From the IMG/VR virus record IMGVR_UViG_2859720988_000003: DNA of 64,000 nucleotides, one strand, 5' to 3'. The translations under genes were made by a program, and so were the position numbers. Positions within the stretch are counted from its first letter, which is position 1. Each line of letters opens with the position of its first letter. This DNA comes from a virus (lineage: Duplodnaviria > Caudoviricetes). This document shows, one piece after another, positions 7,173 to 16,235 of this stretch. The notes beneath the pieces were generated by a model. That model did no database searches. It was not told the DNA's origin and saw only the letters and a list, made by a program, of their open reading frames with translations.

Positions 7173-9229
7173 TCTGGCCTACGGAAGTAAATCAATGTGC
7201 CTCATCGGTTATACCGGTACATGCTTTGAGTCCCGACCACCAGCAACAGCTTTTGCTCCAAATGAATCAGATGTTTTTAAATCGAGATAATCCGCAGCAT
7301 ATCCAACAGACAGCCCATGCATGGGCGCGGCGTAAAGAAATCACGGTAGCGCGGCCTGATTTACAGGATGGTCTGGTGGTTGTGGGGTTCGCTGGTGGCG
7401 GTGGCAGCTGTGAGGGCATCAAGCAAGCATTAGGCTATGAGCCACACATCGCGATGAACCATAACCCTGTGGCGATGGCGATGCATGCCATCAATCACCC
7501 ACGTACGTTGCATTACCCTGAGGATATTTTCAGTGTTGACCCGCTCATCTCAACGGGCGGTTTGCCGGTATTGCTGGGTTGGTTCAGTCCTGATTGCCGT
7601 CACTTCTCCAAAGCCAAGGGCGGCACGCCAGTTAAGAAAGAAATTCGTGGTTTAGCCTGGGTGGTGTTGCGCTGGGCGCTGGCAGTACGTCCACGCTTTC
7701 TGATGTTGGAGAACGTCGAAGAGTTTCGCGGCTGGGGGCCATTATTGACGGATAGCGAAGGCAATCACCGTCCTGATCCCGCGCGTAAAGGTGAAACGTT
7801 CAAGGCATTTATTGGCATGCTGGGTACCGGTATTGATGCGAATCATCCAGCGCTGGCCGAAGTGTGTAAGTTTTTGAAGATAGATATCAATGGCTCCGAG
7901 GCAGAGAGGCTAACTTCAGGTTTAGGTTATAACGTGGATCATCGGGAGCTTAAAGCCTGTGATTACGGAACCCCCACTATCAGAAAGCGGTTGTTTGTGG
8001 TTGGGCGTTGTGACGGTGAGCCGGTTGTATGGCCAGAGCCAAGCCACGGCGCACCAAACTCTGCAGATGTGCTTTCTGGCATGTTGCAACCTTGGCGAAC
8101 GGCGGCGGAGTGTATCGATTGGAGCCAGCCAACACGCTCTATTTTCGGTCGCAAGAAAGATTTGGCTGATAATACCTTGCGGCGCATCGTCAAAGGGCTG
8201 CAACGCTTTGTTATCGATAACCCTGATCCGTTTATTGTGCGATTGGGCCAAACCGGTTTCGGTGGCGATCGTCTGCAGTATCCAATAGACCAACCGCTAA
8301 CCACCATCACCAGCAAGGCCGAGCATTTATTGCTGGAGCCGTATGCGGTGAAGTGCAACCACACCAGCACCAAAACCAAATATGATTGCTTCCGTGGGCA
8401 GTCATTACGTGATCCGTTACAGACCATCACCAGAACTCACGGTTTTGCTGTCGCTGCGCCGGTAGTTGTGCGTCAGTTCGGTAACAGTACGGCAAATGAT
8501 ATCAATATGCCGTTGGGTACCGTGACGGCGGGTGGGGGCGGTAAAAGCCAGTTAACCTGCGCTCATCTTGCCAAGCATTATGGCGGCAATTATACCGGTG
8601 CAGGCATCAATATTAACCAGCCATTGCACACCATCACCACGGTTGATCACCACGCGCTTTGTACATCTCACCTGGTGCAATTGCGCGGCACATGCCGCGA
8701 TGGTAAACCGATCAATGAACCGGTACCGACCTTAACCGCCGGCGGTAATCATGTCGGGATAATAAACGCCTTTCTGACCAAGTATTACGGTACCGGTGGC
8801 TCAGTAGATCTCTCAGAACCAATACACGCGGTGACGACCAAAGAGCGCTTTGGTTTGGTGGAAAACAATTTTGATGTTGAACCTCTGACCGACGAGCAAC
8901 GCTATAACGCCTGGAACTGTGCGCGACTGGTGGATCATTTCAGCGATTTACCGGACGACTGGCATTTATTCCCTGCACCACGACCACAATATCTATCGAT
9001 GGGCGAATACATCATCGTAGATATTTGCATGCGCATGTTGATTGCCCGTGAACTCTACAACGCCAGCGGGTTCCCGCCAGATTACATTATTGACCGGGAT
9101 ATTGATGGCACCCTCTGGCCCAAATCTGAACAGGTGGCAAGATGTGGTAACGCGGTGCCGCCACCCTTTGCCGAGGCATTGGTAAGGGCCAATATGCCAG
9201 AGCTGTGTATCTGGAGGATGGCGGCATAA
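7169..9229 (+). CDS. DNA (cytosine-5) methyltransferase, phage type with long variable region
   Basis: Motifs FAGGGG, SPDCRHFS, LENVEEF, YGTPTIRKRLF, C-terminal CGNAVPP; internal PL.TIT repeats. Confidence 0.92.
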   Translation: MIWPTEVNQCASSVIPVHALSPDHQQQLLLQMNQMFLNRDNPQHIQQTAHAWARRKEITVARPDLQDGLVVVGFAGGGGSCEGIKQALGYEPHIAMNHNPVAMAMHAINHPRTLHYPEDIFSVDPLISTGGLPVLLGWFSPDCRHFSKAKGGTPVKKEIRGLAWVVLRWALAVRPRFLMLENVEEFRGWGPLLTDSEGNHRPDPARKGETFKAFIGMLGTGIDANHPALAEVCKFLKIDINGSEAERLTSGLGYNVDHRELKACDYGTPTIRKRLFVVGRCDGEPVVWPEPSHGAPNSADVLSGMLQPWRTAAECIDWSQPTRSIFGRKKDLADNTLRRIVKGLQRFVIDNPDPFIVRLGQTGFGGDRLQYPIDQPLTTITSKAEHLLLEPYAVKCNHTSTKTKYDCFRGQSLRDPLQTITRTHGFAVAAPVVVRQFGNSTANDINMPLGTVTAGGGGKSQLTCAHLAKHYGGNYTGAGININQPLHTITTVDHHALCTSHLVQLRGTCRDGKPINEPVPTLTAGGNHVGIINAFLTKYYGTGGSVDLSEPIHAVTTKERFGLVENNFDVEPLTDEQRYNAWNCARLVDHFSDLPDDWHLFPAPRPQYLSMGEYIIVDICMRMLIARELYNASGFPPDYIIDRDIDGTLWPKSEQVARCGNAVPPPFAEALVRANMPELCIWRMAA

Positions 9230-9376
9230 TCAACAAGAAATTGCTGATATTCATACTTTTTATGTGGTTATATCCGCTATTTAGAATATGAAACTTTACT
9301 TAACTGACATTCACATGAAATCGGTTGAACCAGGTCCCCTGTATGGGGTTATTGAGATCATAAAGGTGTTAGCTTA

Positions 9377-9559
9377 ATGATTACTATAGAAAACTTGATT
9401 CAACATTTACCAACGGATGGCCGAACTGTAATTCATTGTGAAAAGGGTAAGATAATAAGTATTGCACAATTAAGACCGGATCAGTTTATAGCAACGCTGC
9501 CAGCCTTTATCGAGATGGCAGAAAGAGCGGGGTATATCATTACAATCCCTGATATTTAA
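9377..9559 (+). CDS. Small hypothetical protein
   Basis: 60-aa ORF with AAGGTG RBS. Confidence 0.55.
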   Translation: MITIENLIQHLPTDGRTVIHCEKGKIISIAQLRPDQFIATLPAFIEMAERAGYIITIPDI

Positions 9560-9632
9560 CGGTATAATAACCAAGTCAGCCTGAACAACTGACAACCTAA
9601 GTTGTTGTTGTGTCATCACCCTTGGGGGCAAG

Positions 9633-10226
9633 ATGGCACAACTTTCATTTATCAAATCTGGCAATGAGACACTGACACCGGCCACGCCCGATGTTAGGGA
9701 TTTTCTGCATTACAAAGTCAAGCTGGGGGCTATTCTCACCGCTGATTTTAAGCAGGTTCGAAACCCGAAGTTTCACCGCAAATATTTTTCCTTACTGAAT
9801 CTGGGTTTTGATTACTGGACACCCTCCGGTGGCACCATATCGCCTGAAGAAAAGAAGCTGGTGCGTGGTTATGTAAACTATTTGGCAGAATATGCCGGTC
9901 ATAGCGATACGCTGGAAGAATTAGCCCGTCAGTACCTCGATACCCTGGCAGAACAGCGGGCCGACCGTGTAACCCTGCTTAAATCCTTTGATGCTTTTCG
10001 CCGCTGGACAACCATTCAAGCTGGTTATTACGCCATTATTCAAATGCCGGATGGCTCGCAATTTAAAGAGCCTAAATCGATCTCTTTTGCCTCGATGGAC
10101 GATACCGAATTCTCCGAACTCTACAAAGCCACTCTTGATGTTCTCTGGCAATTCATTTTAAACAAAACCTTTAGTACACCAGCAGCTGCAGAAAATGCTG
10201 CCAGCCAGTTGTTAAGTTATGCGTAG
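9633..10226 (+). CDS. DUF1367 family protein (nin region)
   Basis: RNPKFHRKYFSLLNLGFDYWTP.GG...KSISFASMD. Confidence 0.85.
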   Translation: MAQLSFIKSGNETLTPATPDVRDFLHYKVKLGAILTADFKQVRNPKFHRKYFSLLNLGFDYWTPSGGTISPEEKKLVRGYVNYLAEYAGHSDTLEELARQYLDTLAEQRADRVTLLKSFDAFRRWTTIQAGYYAIIQMPDGSQFKEPKSISFASMDDTEFSELYKATLDVLWQFILNKTFSTPAAAENAASQLLSYA

Positions 10227-10234
10227 GGGGATTT

Positions 10235-10519
10235 ATGGCTAATTTACGCAAAGAGGCAAGGGGCCGTGAGTGTCAAATAAGAATCCCCGGCATATGCAAT
10301 GGCAATTCCGAAACTGTGGTTCTGGCTCATTACCGATTGGCGGGTACCTGTGGCACCGCCATTAAACCACCTGATGAGCAGGGGGCTTGGGGATGCGGTG
10401 CATGTCACGACGAGTGTGACCGGCGCACCCGCTTAATTGATAGTGACACTGCCCGTCTGTATCACGCCGAGGGCGTTATGCGCACCCAGTATATTTTACG
10501 AAAGGAAGGGAAGTTATGA
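10235..10519 (+). CDS. DUF1364/YbcO family protein
   Basis: LRKEARGRECQIRIPGICNGNSETVVLAH...C..CHD. Confidence 0.85.
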   Translation: MANLRKEARGRECQIRIPGICNGNSETVVLAHYRLAGTCGTAIKPPDEQGAWGCGACHDECDRRTRLIDSDTARLYHAEGVMRTQYILRKEGKL

Positions 10520-10560
10520 GAGCCGCACCGCAAAGCCTGCCGTCAGAGCAGGAAAAACCA

Positions 10561-10917
10561 ATGCTGGATATTCAATATCTATTGGAGCTTTGGGGAGCAT
10601 GGGCCGCCAATGATAATAGCCAGGTAGATTGGCAACCTATTGCAGCAGGCTTTAAGGGACTGCTCCCCTATACCAATAAATCACGGCCACAGTGCTGTGA
10701 TGATGACGGCATTATGATTGATCGCTGTGTGGCACGATTGAAAAAGTATAAACCAGAAGAGTATGAACTGGTGATTTTGCACTATGTATACGGTGTTTCG
10801 CTGCGAATGATAGCTAAAAGGCGCAAGTGCTCAGATGGGACAATCAGGAAAGAGATGCAAACGGCGATTGGTTTCATCTATGGGGTTTTAGCAATGATAT
10901 TGAATGGACTAAAATAA
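10561..10917 (+). CDS. Late antiterminator Q
   Basis: DIQYLLELWGAWAA...AGFKGLLP...CCDDDG...CSDGTIRK; upstream of the lysis cassette. Confidence 0.85.
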   Translation: MLDIQYLLELWGAWAANDNSQVDWQPIAAGFKGLLPYTNKSRPQCCDDDGIMIDRCVARLKKYKPEEYELVILHYVYGVSLRMIAKRRKCSDGTIRKEMQTAIGFIYGVLAMILNGLK

Positions 10918-12135
10918 TTTAACTATAACTCCGATGGTGCCTATACAAACGGGCACCCAAGCTATTGATATTAAAAAGTCCAAAACTCGCCTGCAAAAAA
11001 CCACATTTTTAATTAATTCTGATTTAGCTTCGATTAATCTTATTTTAAGATCTGATTTTTCATCTTGTATTTTATTTTCAATTGATAAAAAAACAATATC
11101 TTTTGCGTGAGAAATTCTATCTAATTGCTTCTTCTGTGAAATAAGAACAAGAGAGATTATAATGCTTGTTAAAATCAATCCAGAGAAAGTAATAAATGTC
11201 TCTATTTTCCCACTAAACTGATAAATAGCAATTGAACCTACCAAAGAAATAGGAATAGCTAAAGCCTTATTAGCGATTTCCGCAGTGATTTTGGATATTT
11301 TATCAGCATATTCGATCTCCGTTTCAGCAATTTCTTTTCTGGCTTTTTGAAACGAAAATGCTGACATATATACAGCGAGATTATTACTATATAAGTTACT
11401 GATTAACTCCCAGTTTTTAACAATTCCTTTGAAATTGGTTTCAGATGAGTTGATATATTCTATGAGCGTATTTCTAAACGTATTTATTTTTTCATCATAA
11501 TGAAGATCATTACCTGGACTAATATTAATCAATGAATTGATTAGTGTTATATTTATCTCATTATAACCCAACATTTCCTCACTCAATAATGTTTCAATGA
11601 TCGCCGACGATGACTTAGACTCAGAGTGGAGAACAAATACAAGTCTATAAAAGTTAGAGCGACCACTGTTTTTCATATCATGAAAATGTGATAACTTTGA
11701 AAGAGCTATAATTAGCCCACATATAGCCTCAATTTTTTTTACTGATTGTGGCTTGTTGGGGTCTTTTGAAAAATAGTTCAAATCTACAATGTAATACTGT
11801 TCTGGAACTTCTCCCCGCATTAAACTATTTATTTTTATGAAATCTTTCATTGATGGGTAAAAACGTTCAGCACTGGACTGGCTAACTAAAAAATCAAAAT
11901 TTAATAATTCCCCATTATCAGGAATATCTTCAATATCGTTAATTGTCTCCCCATCAATTTCTAATTCTGTAAAGCTTCCGTAAGAAAAATTAGTACAATG
12001 AATGGACTTAACTAAAACCTGTAGCTCTGGAGTATATTTTATAGATGCAGAAAAAACTTCCCCGTCAAATTCCGGAAAGTTGGCTAGTCTATATAATTCA
12101 ACTACACTGCTTAAATTATTCACTGTCTTTCTCAT
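10909..12135 (-). CDS. Hypothetical 408-aa protein with C-terminal transmembrane helices (moron gene 2)
   Basis: AT-rich ORF; hydrophobic segments ALAIPISLVGSIAIY, FITFSGLILTSIIISLVLI, LISIAWVPVCIGTIGVIV; overlaps the upstream gene by 20 nt. Confidence 0.8.
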   Translation of the reverse strand: MRKTVNNLSSVVELYRLANFPEFDGEVFSASIKYTPELQVLVKSIHCTNFSYGSFTELEIDGETINDIEDIPDNGELLNFDFLVSQSSAERFYPSMKDFIKINSLMRGEVPEQYYIVDLNYFSKDPNKPQSVKKIEAICGLIIALSKLSHFHDMKNSGRSNFYRLVFVLHSESKSSSAIIETLLSEEMLGYNEINITLINSLINISPGNDLHYDEKINTFRNTLIEYINSSETNFKGIVKNWELISNLYSNNLAVYMSAFSFQKARKEIAETEIEYADKISKITAEIANKALAIPISLVGSIAIYQFSGKIETFITFSGLILTSIIISLVLISQKKQLDRISHAKDIVFLSIENKIQDEKSDLKIRLIEAKSELIKNVVFCRRVLDFLISIAWVPVCIGTIGVIVKLF

Positions 12136-13270
12136 TGTTACTGATTATTTTTTTTCTTTCTTTCAGAGCTGACCTTATTTTTGTTTTTGCCTCTTCAGGG
12201 AGATTATTAAAACTAAGGTTTCCCGTTTCATCATTATAATATATTTTTGCATCTGCATTATCTCCTAGGAGCTCTTTGTCAAAATTGAAACTATATAGTG
12301 GAGTCTTATATATTACCTTTCTAAGTTTATCTAGAGAAGCCCTGTTTACAATAAAATCTGTTGGTATGCCAACACCTTCGCTATTGAGATAATGCATCAT
12401 ATCTTTCAATAGTTCATCTCTTTTATCATCATCCAGAATTGACATTTGTTCAAAGGCAATAGCTTCTACATCTGGTAAACTTGCAGGGGATTCGGAGTCG
12501 AATTGTTTTTCTAGATATTTTATTATTTTATTTCTGAATTCATCAGCATGGGGAAGCAATTCTGCATGTTTCTTGAAAAACCTCCTTACTTCATTGGGAA
12601 GCTTTCTTGTTGCTCCAGCAGAAGCTATTCCTTTGTCACAACCAAGTGCAGCTATAAAATATGCAGATGCAGATTGCCCATTCGTTTTACTTATAAAACT
12701 TAAATAGTTTAATTCATTGCGCTTAACTTCATCAGCATTAAAGTGTTCATAATAAAGATGAAAATTAATTCTCGCTGCTTGATTTATGTAGTTCAGCTCT
12801 AGATGCATCATTTCTTCAGGATTAAGATTTTCACTAATAGTCACACCATTTTTTTTCTTAATCATGGTGACTAAAAGATACCTAAGATTTAGATATATAT
12901 AATCAGTAAAAACAACATAACCACCAGAGGACCAAATTTGGGATTTAGCCTCATGGTACATCTGTTTCATGATCTGTTTTGACAGATTAATGAAATCTAC
13001 TGTGCTGGATGGTGTGACAGAGTAGTAGGCATTAAAAAGATCTGGAACTGGTCCTCTTTCAGTAGGTTCGGTCTTAAAGACTCCATGATGTGCTAAGTTA
13101 CCACGCGAACCATACAGTTCAACAACTCCATCGACTAGTTGTTGAACAATTATATTGGATTTGTCTAATTCAGTATCTCGAAGATTATAACGCTTTGAGT
13201 GATCGAATTCTTTTTGCGCTTCCTTGATTAACTCATGAACAATGACGTGTTTGATAGATATTTTGCTCAT
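12116..13270 (-). CDS. Nucleoid-associated protein, YejK/NdpA (NA37) family (moron gene 1)
   Basis: HVIVHELIKE, GGYVVFTDY, INQAARINF, YLSFI, SAYFIAALGC motifs typical of NA37. Confidence 0.8.
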   Translation of the reverse strand: MSKISIKHVIVHELIKEAQKEFDHSKRYNLRDTELDKSNIIVQQLVDGVVELYGSRGNLAHHGVFKTEPTERGPVPDLFNAYYSVTPSSTVDFINLSKQIMKQMYHEAKSQIWSSGGYVVFTDYIYLNLRYLLVTMIKKKNGVTISENLNPEEMMHLELNYINQAARINFHLYYEHFNADEVKRNELNYLSFISKTNGQSASAYFIAALGCDKGIASAGATRKLPNEVRRFFKKHAELLPHADEFRNKIIKYLEKQFDSESPASLPDVEAIAFEQMSILDDDKRDELLKDMMHYLNSEGVGIPTDFIVNRASLDKLRKVIYKTPLYSFNFDKELLGDNADAKIYYNDETGNLSFNNLPEEAKTKIRSALKERKKIISNNEKDSE

Positions 13271-13324
13271 TTTTTATACTATCCATTGTTTGCAAACGGC
13301 TGAATATTACAGAGAGTAATAAAA

Positions 13325-13375
13325 TATTAACGCGTACGCAAAAATGATTGTACTGTGATAAGAGTGGTTACTTAG
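13325..13375 (+). promoter_or_regulatory. Probable late promoter pR'/qut
   Basis: ACGCGTACGCAAAAA motif plus a TACTGT -10-like box just upstream of a terminator and the lysis genes. Confidence 0.5.
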
Positions 13376-13394
13376 TCACGTAGCTTACACAATC

Positions 13395-13430
13395 AAAAAA
13401 ACCTCGCTTTTAGCGGGGTTTTGTCGTTTT
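13395..13430 (+). terminator. tR'-like terminator
   Basis: AAAACCTCGC-TTTTA-GCGGGGTTTT followed by a T-rich run. Confidence 0.7.
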
Positions 13431-13498
13431 TGCGCCCAAATAATCTGCAATAACTATGATTATCATTTGATTGTGGCGTGTTTTCTTTTCGCTTCACA

Positions 13499-13543
13499 CC
13501 CAACCCAACCCAACCCAACCCAACCCAACCCAACCCAACCCAA
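13499..13543 (+). repeat. Simple sequence repeat (CCCAA)9
   Basis: Nine perfect tandem pentamers ending 20 nt before the holin ATG. Confidence 0.95.
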
Positions 13544-13563
13544 CACATCAGGGAGGGGAGACT

Positions 13564-13779
13564 ATGAAAATGAGCAATATAACAACAGCGGTCTCCTATA
13601 CCGTGTCAGGTGGTAGCTTCATTTTTTGGGTTAAAGAGCTGATAGCTGGATTCACACCTGATGAGTGGACGGTTATCGGCGTACTTGGGTCTTTGTTTTT
13701 TATGGCCCTGACATTTTTGCTCAATGCAGGCGTGAAAATTTGGGATAGGCGGCATGGTTATAAACCGGATGGTGAGTGA
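13564..13779 (+). CDS. Class II holin/pinholin with dual start (Met-Lys-Met)
   Basis: GGAGGGGAG RBS, ATG AAA ATG, two TM segments, charged C-terminus. Confidence 0.85.
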   Translation: MKMSNITTAVSYTVSGGSFIFWVKELIAGFTPDEWTVIGVLGSLFFMALTFLLNAGVKIWDRRHGYKPDGE

Positions 13780-14309
13780 TGGCCTCGACAAAAAGCAAAT
13801 TAAGCGCGGCTGTTCTGGCTCTGGTTATGGTTGCAGCACCGGCCACAATAATTCTGGATCAGTTATTGGATGAGAAAGAGGGTAATCGGCTTTCATCTTA
13901 TCCAGATGGAAAGGGGATTTGGACTGTTTGCCGTGGTGCCACAATGGTTGATGACAAACCGGTAGTGAAAGGGATGAAGCTGTCAGCGGATAAGTGTGCT
14001 GCGGTTAATCAGCTGGAGGCTGACAAGGCCATCAGCTGGGTAAAGAAAAATATCCGGGTACCGCTGACTGAACCACAGATTGCCGGTATCGCTTCGTTTT
14101 GCCCCTATAACATTGGCCCGAGTAAATGTTTCACTTCTACGTTCTATCGAAAACTCAATGCTGGCGACCGTAGAGGCGCATGTGCTGAAATCAAACGCTG
14201 GGTATATGACGGCGGTAAGGATTGCAATATTCGCTCAAATAACTGTTACGGGCAGATAGAACGCCGCGCTCAAGAAAGCGAGCTTACATGCTGGGGGCTG
14301 GATGAATAA
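13776..14309 (+). CDS. SAR endolysin (GH24 lysozyme)
   Basis: N-terminal hydrophobic SAR segment, then EGNRLSSYPDGKGIWTVCRG (E-x8-D-x5-T). Confidence 0.92.
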   Translation: MMASTKSKLSAAVLALVMVAAPATIILDQLLDEKEGNRLSSYPDGKGIWTVCRGATMVDDKPVVKGMKLSADKCAAVNQLEADKAISWVKKNIRVPLTEPQIAGIASFCPYNIGPSKCFTSTFYRKLNAGDRRGACAEIKRWVYDGGKDCNIRSNNCYGQIERRAQESELTCWGLDE

Positions 14310-14634
14310 GGCCATTGGATTAGTCATTGTTGTGCTGGTGGTTATTGTGTCAGCTCTATTATTTAACAGTTACCGTCTCTCAAATAAGGTCGAAAAAACG
14401 GAAGCGGAGCTGGTAGCCGAGAAAAACACAAACACGGTTCTGGGAAACATTATTGATGCATATCAGGTGAATGATTCTGCAAATAGAGCTGCGACAATCA
14501 GACAACTCGAAAACGAGAGGAAGTTACGTAATGAAAGTGAAGATCGGCTCAAGCGGTTTCTGGTGGCGTCGTCAGATGATAAGTGTGCTATTCAGCGCAT
14601 GCCTGACGCTAGCATTAACATCATGCGCGAATAA
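14302..14634 (+). CDS. Rz-like inner-membrane spanin (DUF2570-like)
   Basis: N-terminal TM plus coiled coil, after the endolysin. Confidence 0.8.
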   Translation: MNKAIGLVIVVLVVIVSALLFNSYRLSNKVEKTEAELVAEKNTNTVLGNIIDAYQVNDSANRAATIRQLENERKLRNESEDRLKRFLVASSDDKCAIQRMPDASINIMRE

Positions 14635-14848
14635 AGCGGCTTCACGTCCGCCAGCTAGTTGCCCCGTATTGTTACCGCCAGAATCAGCATTAACTGAATG
14701 CGAAGTGCCGGAGTTCGTCGGGACTACTTGGGGCGATAGTGGTCTGTATGCATTGGCTTTGAAACGCGAGCTGCGGATCTGTAAAGCGCGGCTTGATGAA
14801 GTAATCGAGTGGAAAGGAAATGTAATTATAAAAAAACATTATGGCTAG
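14576..14848 (+). CDS. Rz1-like outer-membrane lipoprotein spanin
   Basis: Lipobox LTSC, Pro-rich, overlaps Rz in another frame. Confidence 0.8.
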   Translation: MISVLFSACLTLALTSCANKAASRPPASCPVLLPPESALTECEVPEFVGTTWGDSGLYALALKRELRICKARLDEVIEWKGNVIIKKHYG

Positions 14849-14986
14849 TTGGACGAATCTACAAGTAAAGTTAATAAAAAAATTTAAGTGATTAATTCAT
14901 TAATATGCATAAAATGATGGGTAATTAGCTGTTGGGATGGTGTAAGTCTGAACTAACATACATTATGGTATTTTTATGGGGAAATC

Positions 14987-15406
14987 ATGACAACTAGTGA
15001 ATGGATAGCCTTGGCTGGTACGGTTGGAACTTGGGGCGCTGCTGCAGCTACTTTATTTGCTGCTTTGATGGCTATGAGAGCATTAAATGCATGGAAAAAT
15101 CAGGAAATATATAGTCTAGTAAAATCATATAAAACAGCAGTTATAAGATATAGAAATACCCTTAAAAATATGCCACTTCAGTTTGAAGGATATGTAATTC
15201 ATGATGAAAAATTCATCAATTTTGAATTGGCTTTTGATCATGTTTATGAATGTTTCGCATTAATTAATGAAGGTGATTTGAAAATTGAAATTCAAAAGAA
15301 ATTTCTACCTTTTTACGAAACACATCTAAATTATATAAAAAGATCAAAATCAAGAGATGATGTATTCCTTTCAATAAAAGATATATTAATTATGAATGTT
15401 GATTAA
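14987..15406 (+). CDS. AT-rich moron, N-terminally anchored membrane protein
   Basis: WIALAGTVGTWGAAAATLFAALMA hydrophobic helix; own intergenic upstream region. Confidence 0.7.
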   Translation: MTTSEWIALAGTVGTWGAAAATLFAALMAMRALNAWKNQEIYSLVKSYKTAVIRYRNTLKNMPLQFEGYVIHDEKFINFELAFDHVYECFALINEGDLKIEIQKKFLPFYETHLNYIKRSKSRDDVFLSIKDILIMNVD

Positions 15407-15540
15407 TGGAGTTTAATCTTTGCAGTGTAATGTTAATAACAATGACATGAGCAAAGCGATTCAGTGTTTGCCATAACTTGTTTATATATAAATGTCATCA
15501 CATAGCAGCTTTACGAGGCTGTTATGTAATGCGCAAGCAA

Positions 15541-15597
15541 AGCCATCAGTAACACCTTCCGCTCACCCTGAGCATGGTTGCTGGTGGTTTTTTTATT
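15541..15597 (+). terminator. Terminator-like hairpin
   Basis: AGCCATCAGTAAC...GTTGCTGGTGGTT followed by a T-run. Confidence 0.5.
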
Positions 15598-15725
15598 TAG
15601 GAAGGTGGGCGACCGCTGGTAGTTGGAGCTACTAACGGCCATTCATACCCACAGGATCGGTCATGAGTACGAACCAAGGCCCACTTGCTCTCGAGAGCAG
15701 GGTCATAATAGTTGGAACATGCAAA

Positions 15726-16235
15726 ATGACCATAGTAAAAAATCAGAATAAATTGGAAATAGTCTACAAATTGCCCAATTCGTTGATTGTTTACGCAAAA
15801 AATGCCAGAACCCACTCAGCAGAGCAGGTAGATGAAGTTGCAGCGAGTATTAAACAGTTCGGTTGGACAAACCCGATCCTTATTGATGAACGGGGTGAGG
15901 TAATTGCGGGTCATGGTCGTTTATTGGCAGCGGAACAGTTGGGTATTGAACAAGTTCCTACCATCACATTATCTGGGTTAACGGAGTCTGAGAAAAAAGC
16001 CTATCGCCTTGCTGACAATAAATTGCCGCTGAATGCCGGATGGGATCAGGATCTCTTAACTTTGGAATTAAGTGATTTATTGGCAGAAAATTTTGACCTT
16101 GGTCTAACCGGATTTTCGTCTGATGAAATCGATCAAATGTTGAATGTCGATTTTCTGCCTGGTAACGAAGATGATCAGGGAAAGCTCGATCACCTAGACG
16201 CCAAACTCTGCCCACACTGCGGGGGTGTTTTATGA
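15726..16235 (+). CDS. ParB/Srx N-terminal domain protein
   Basis: YAKNARTHS.EQV..ASIKQFGWTNPILID...IAGHGRLLAA...YRLADNKL; C-terminal CPHCG. Confidence 0.88.
   Translation: MTIVKNQNKLEIVYKLPNSLIVYAKNARTHSAEQVDEVAASIKQFGWTNPILIDERGEVIAGHGRLLAAEQLGIEQVPTITLSGLTESEKKAYRLADNKLPLNAGWDQDLLTLELSDLLAENFDLGLTGFSSDEIDQMLNVDFLPGNEDDQGKLDHLDAKLCPHCGGVL

Noticed and set aside
8280-8850. Internal PL.TIT repeats in the C5 methyltransferase as a novelty
   Set aside because: Common in the variable region of prophage C5 methyltransferases
10909-13270. Assignment to Kiwa or another named defence system
   Set aside because: Only the layout is analogous; the motifs point to NA37/YejK and I cannot verify a named match without a search
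13471-13563. ORF-track N-terminal extension of the holin with TQPNP repeats
   Set aside because: It is translation through the (CCCAA)9 repeat; the strong RBS and Met-Lys-Met dual start are at 13564
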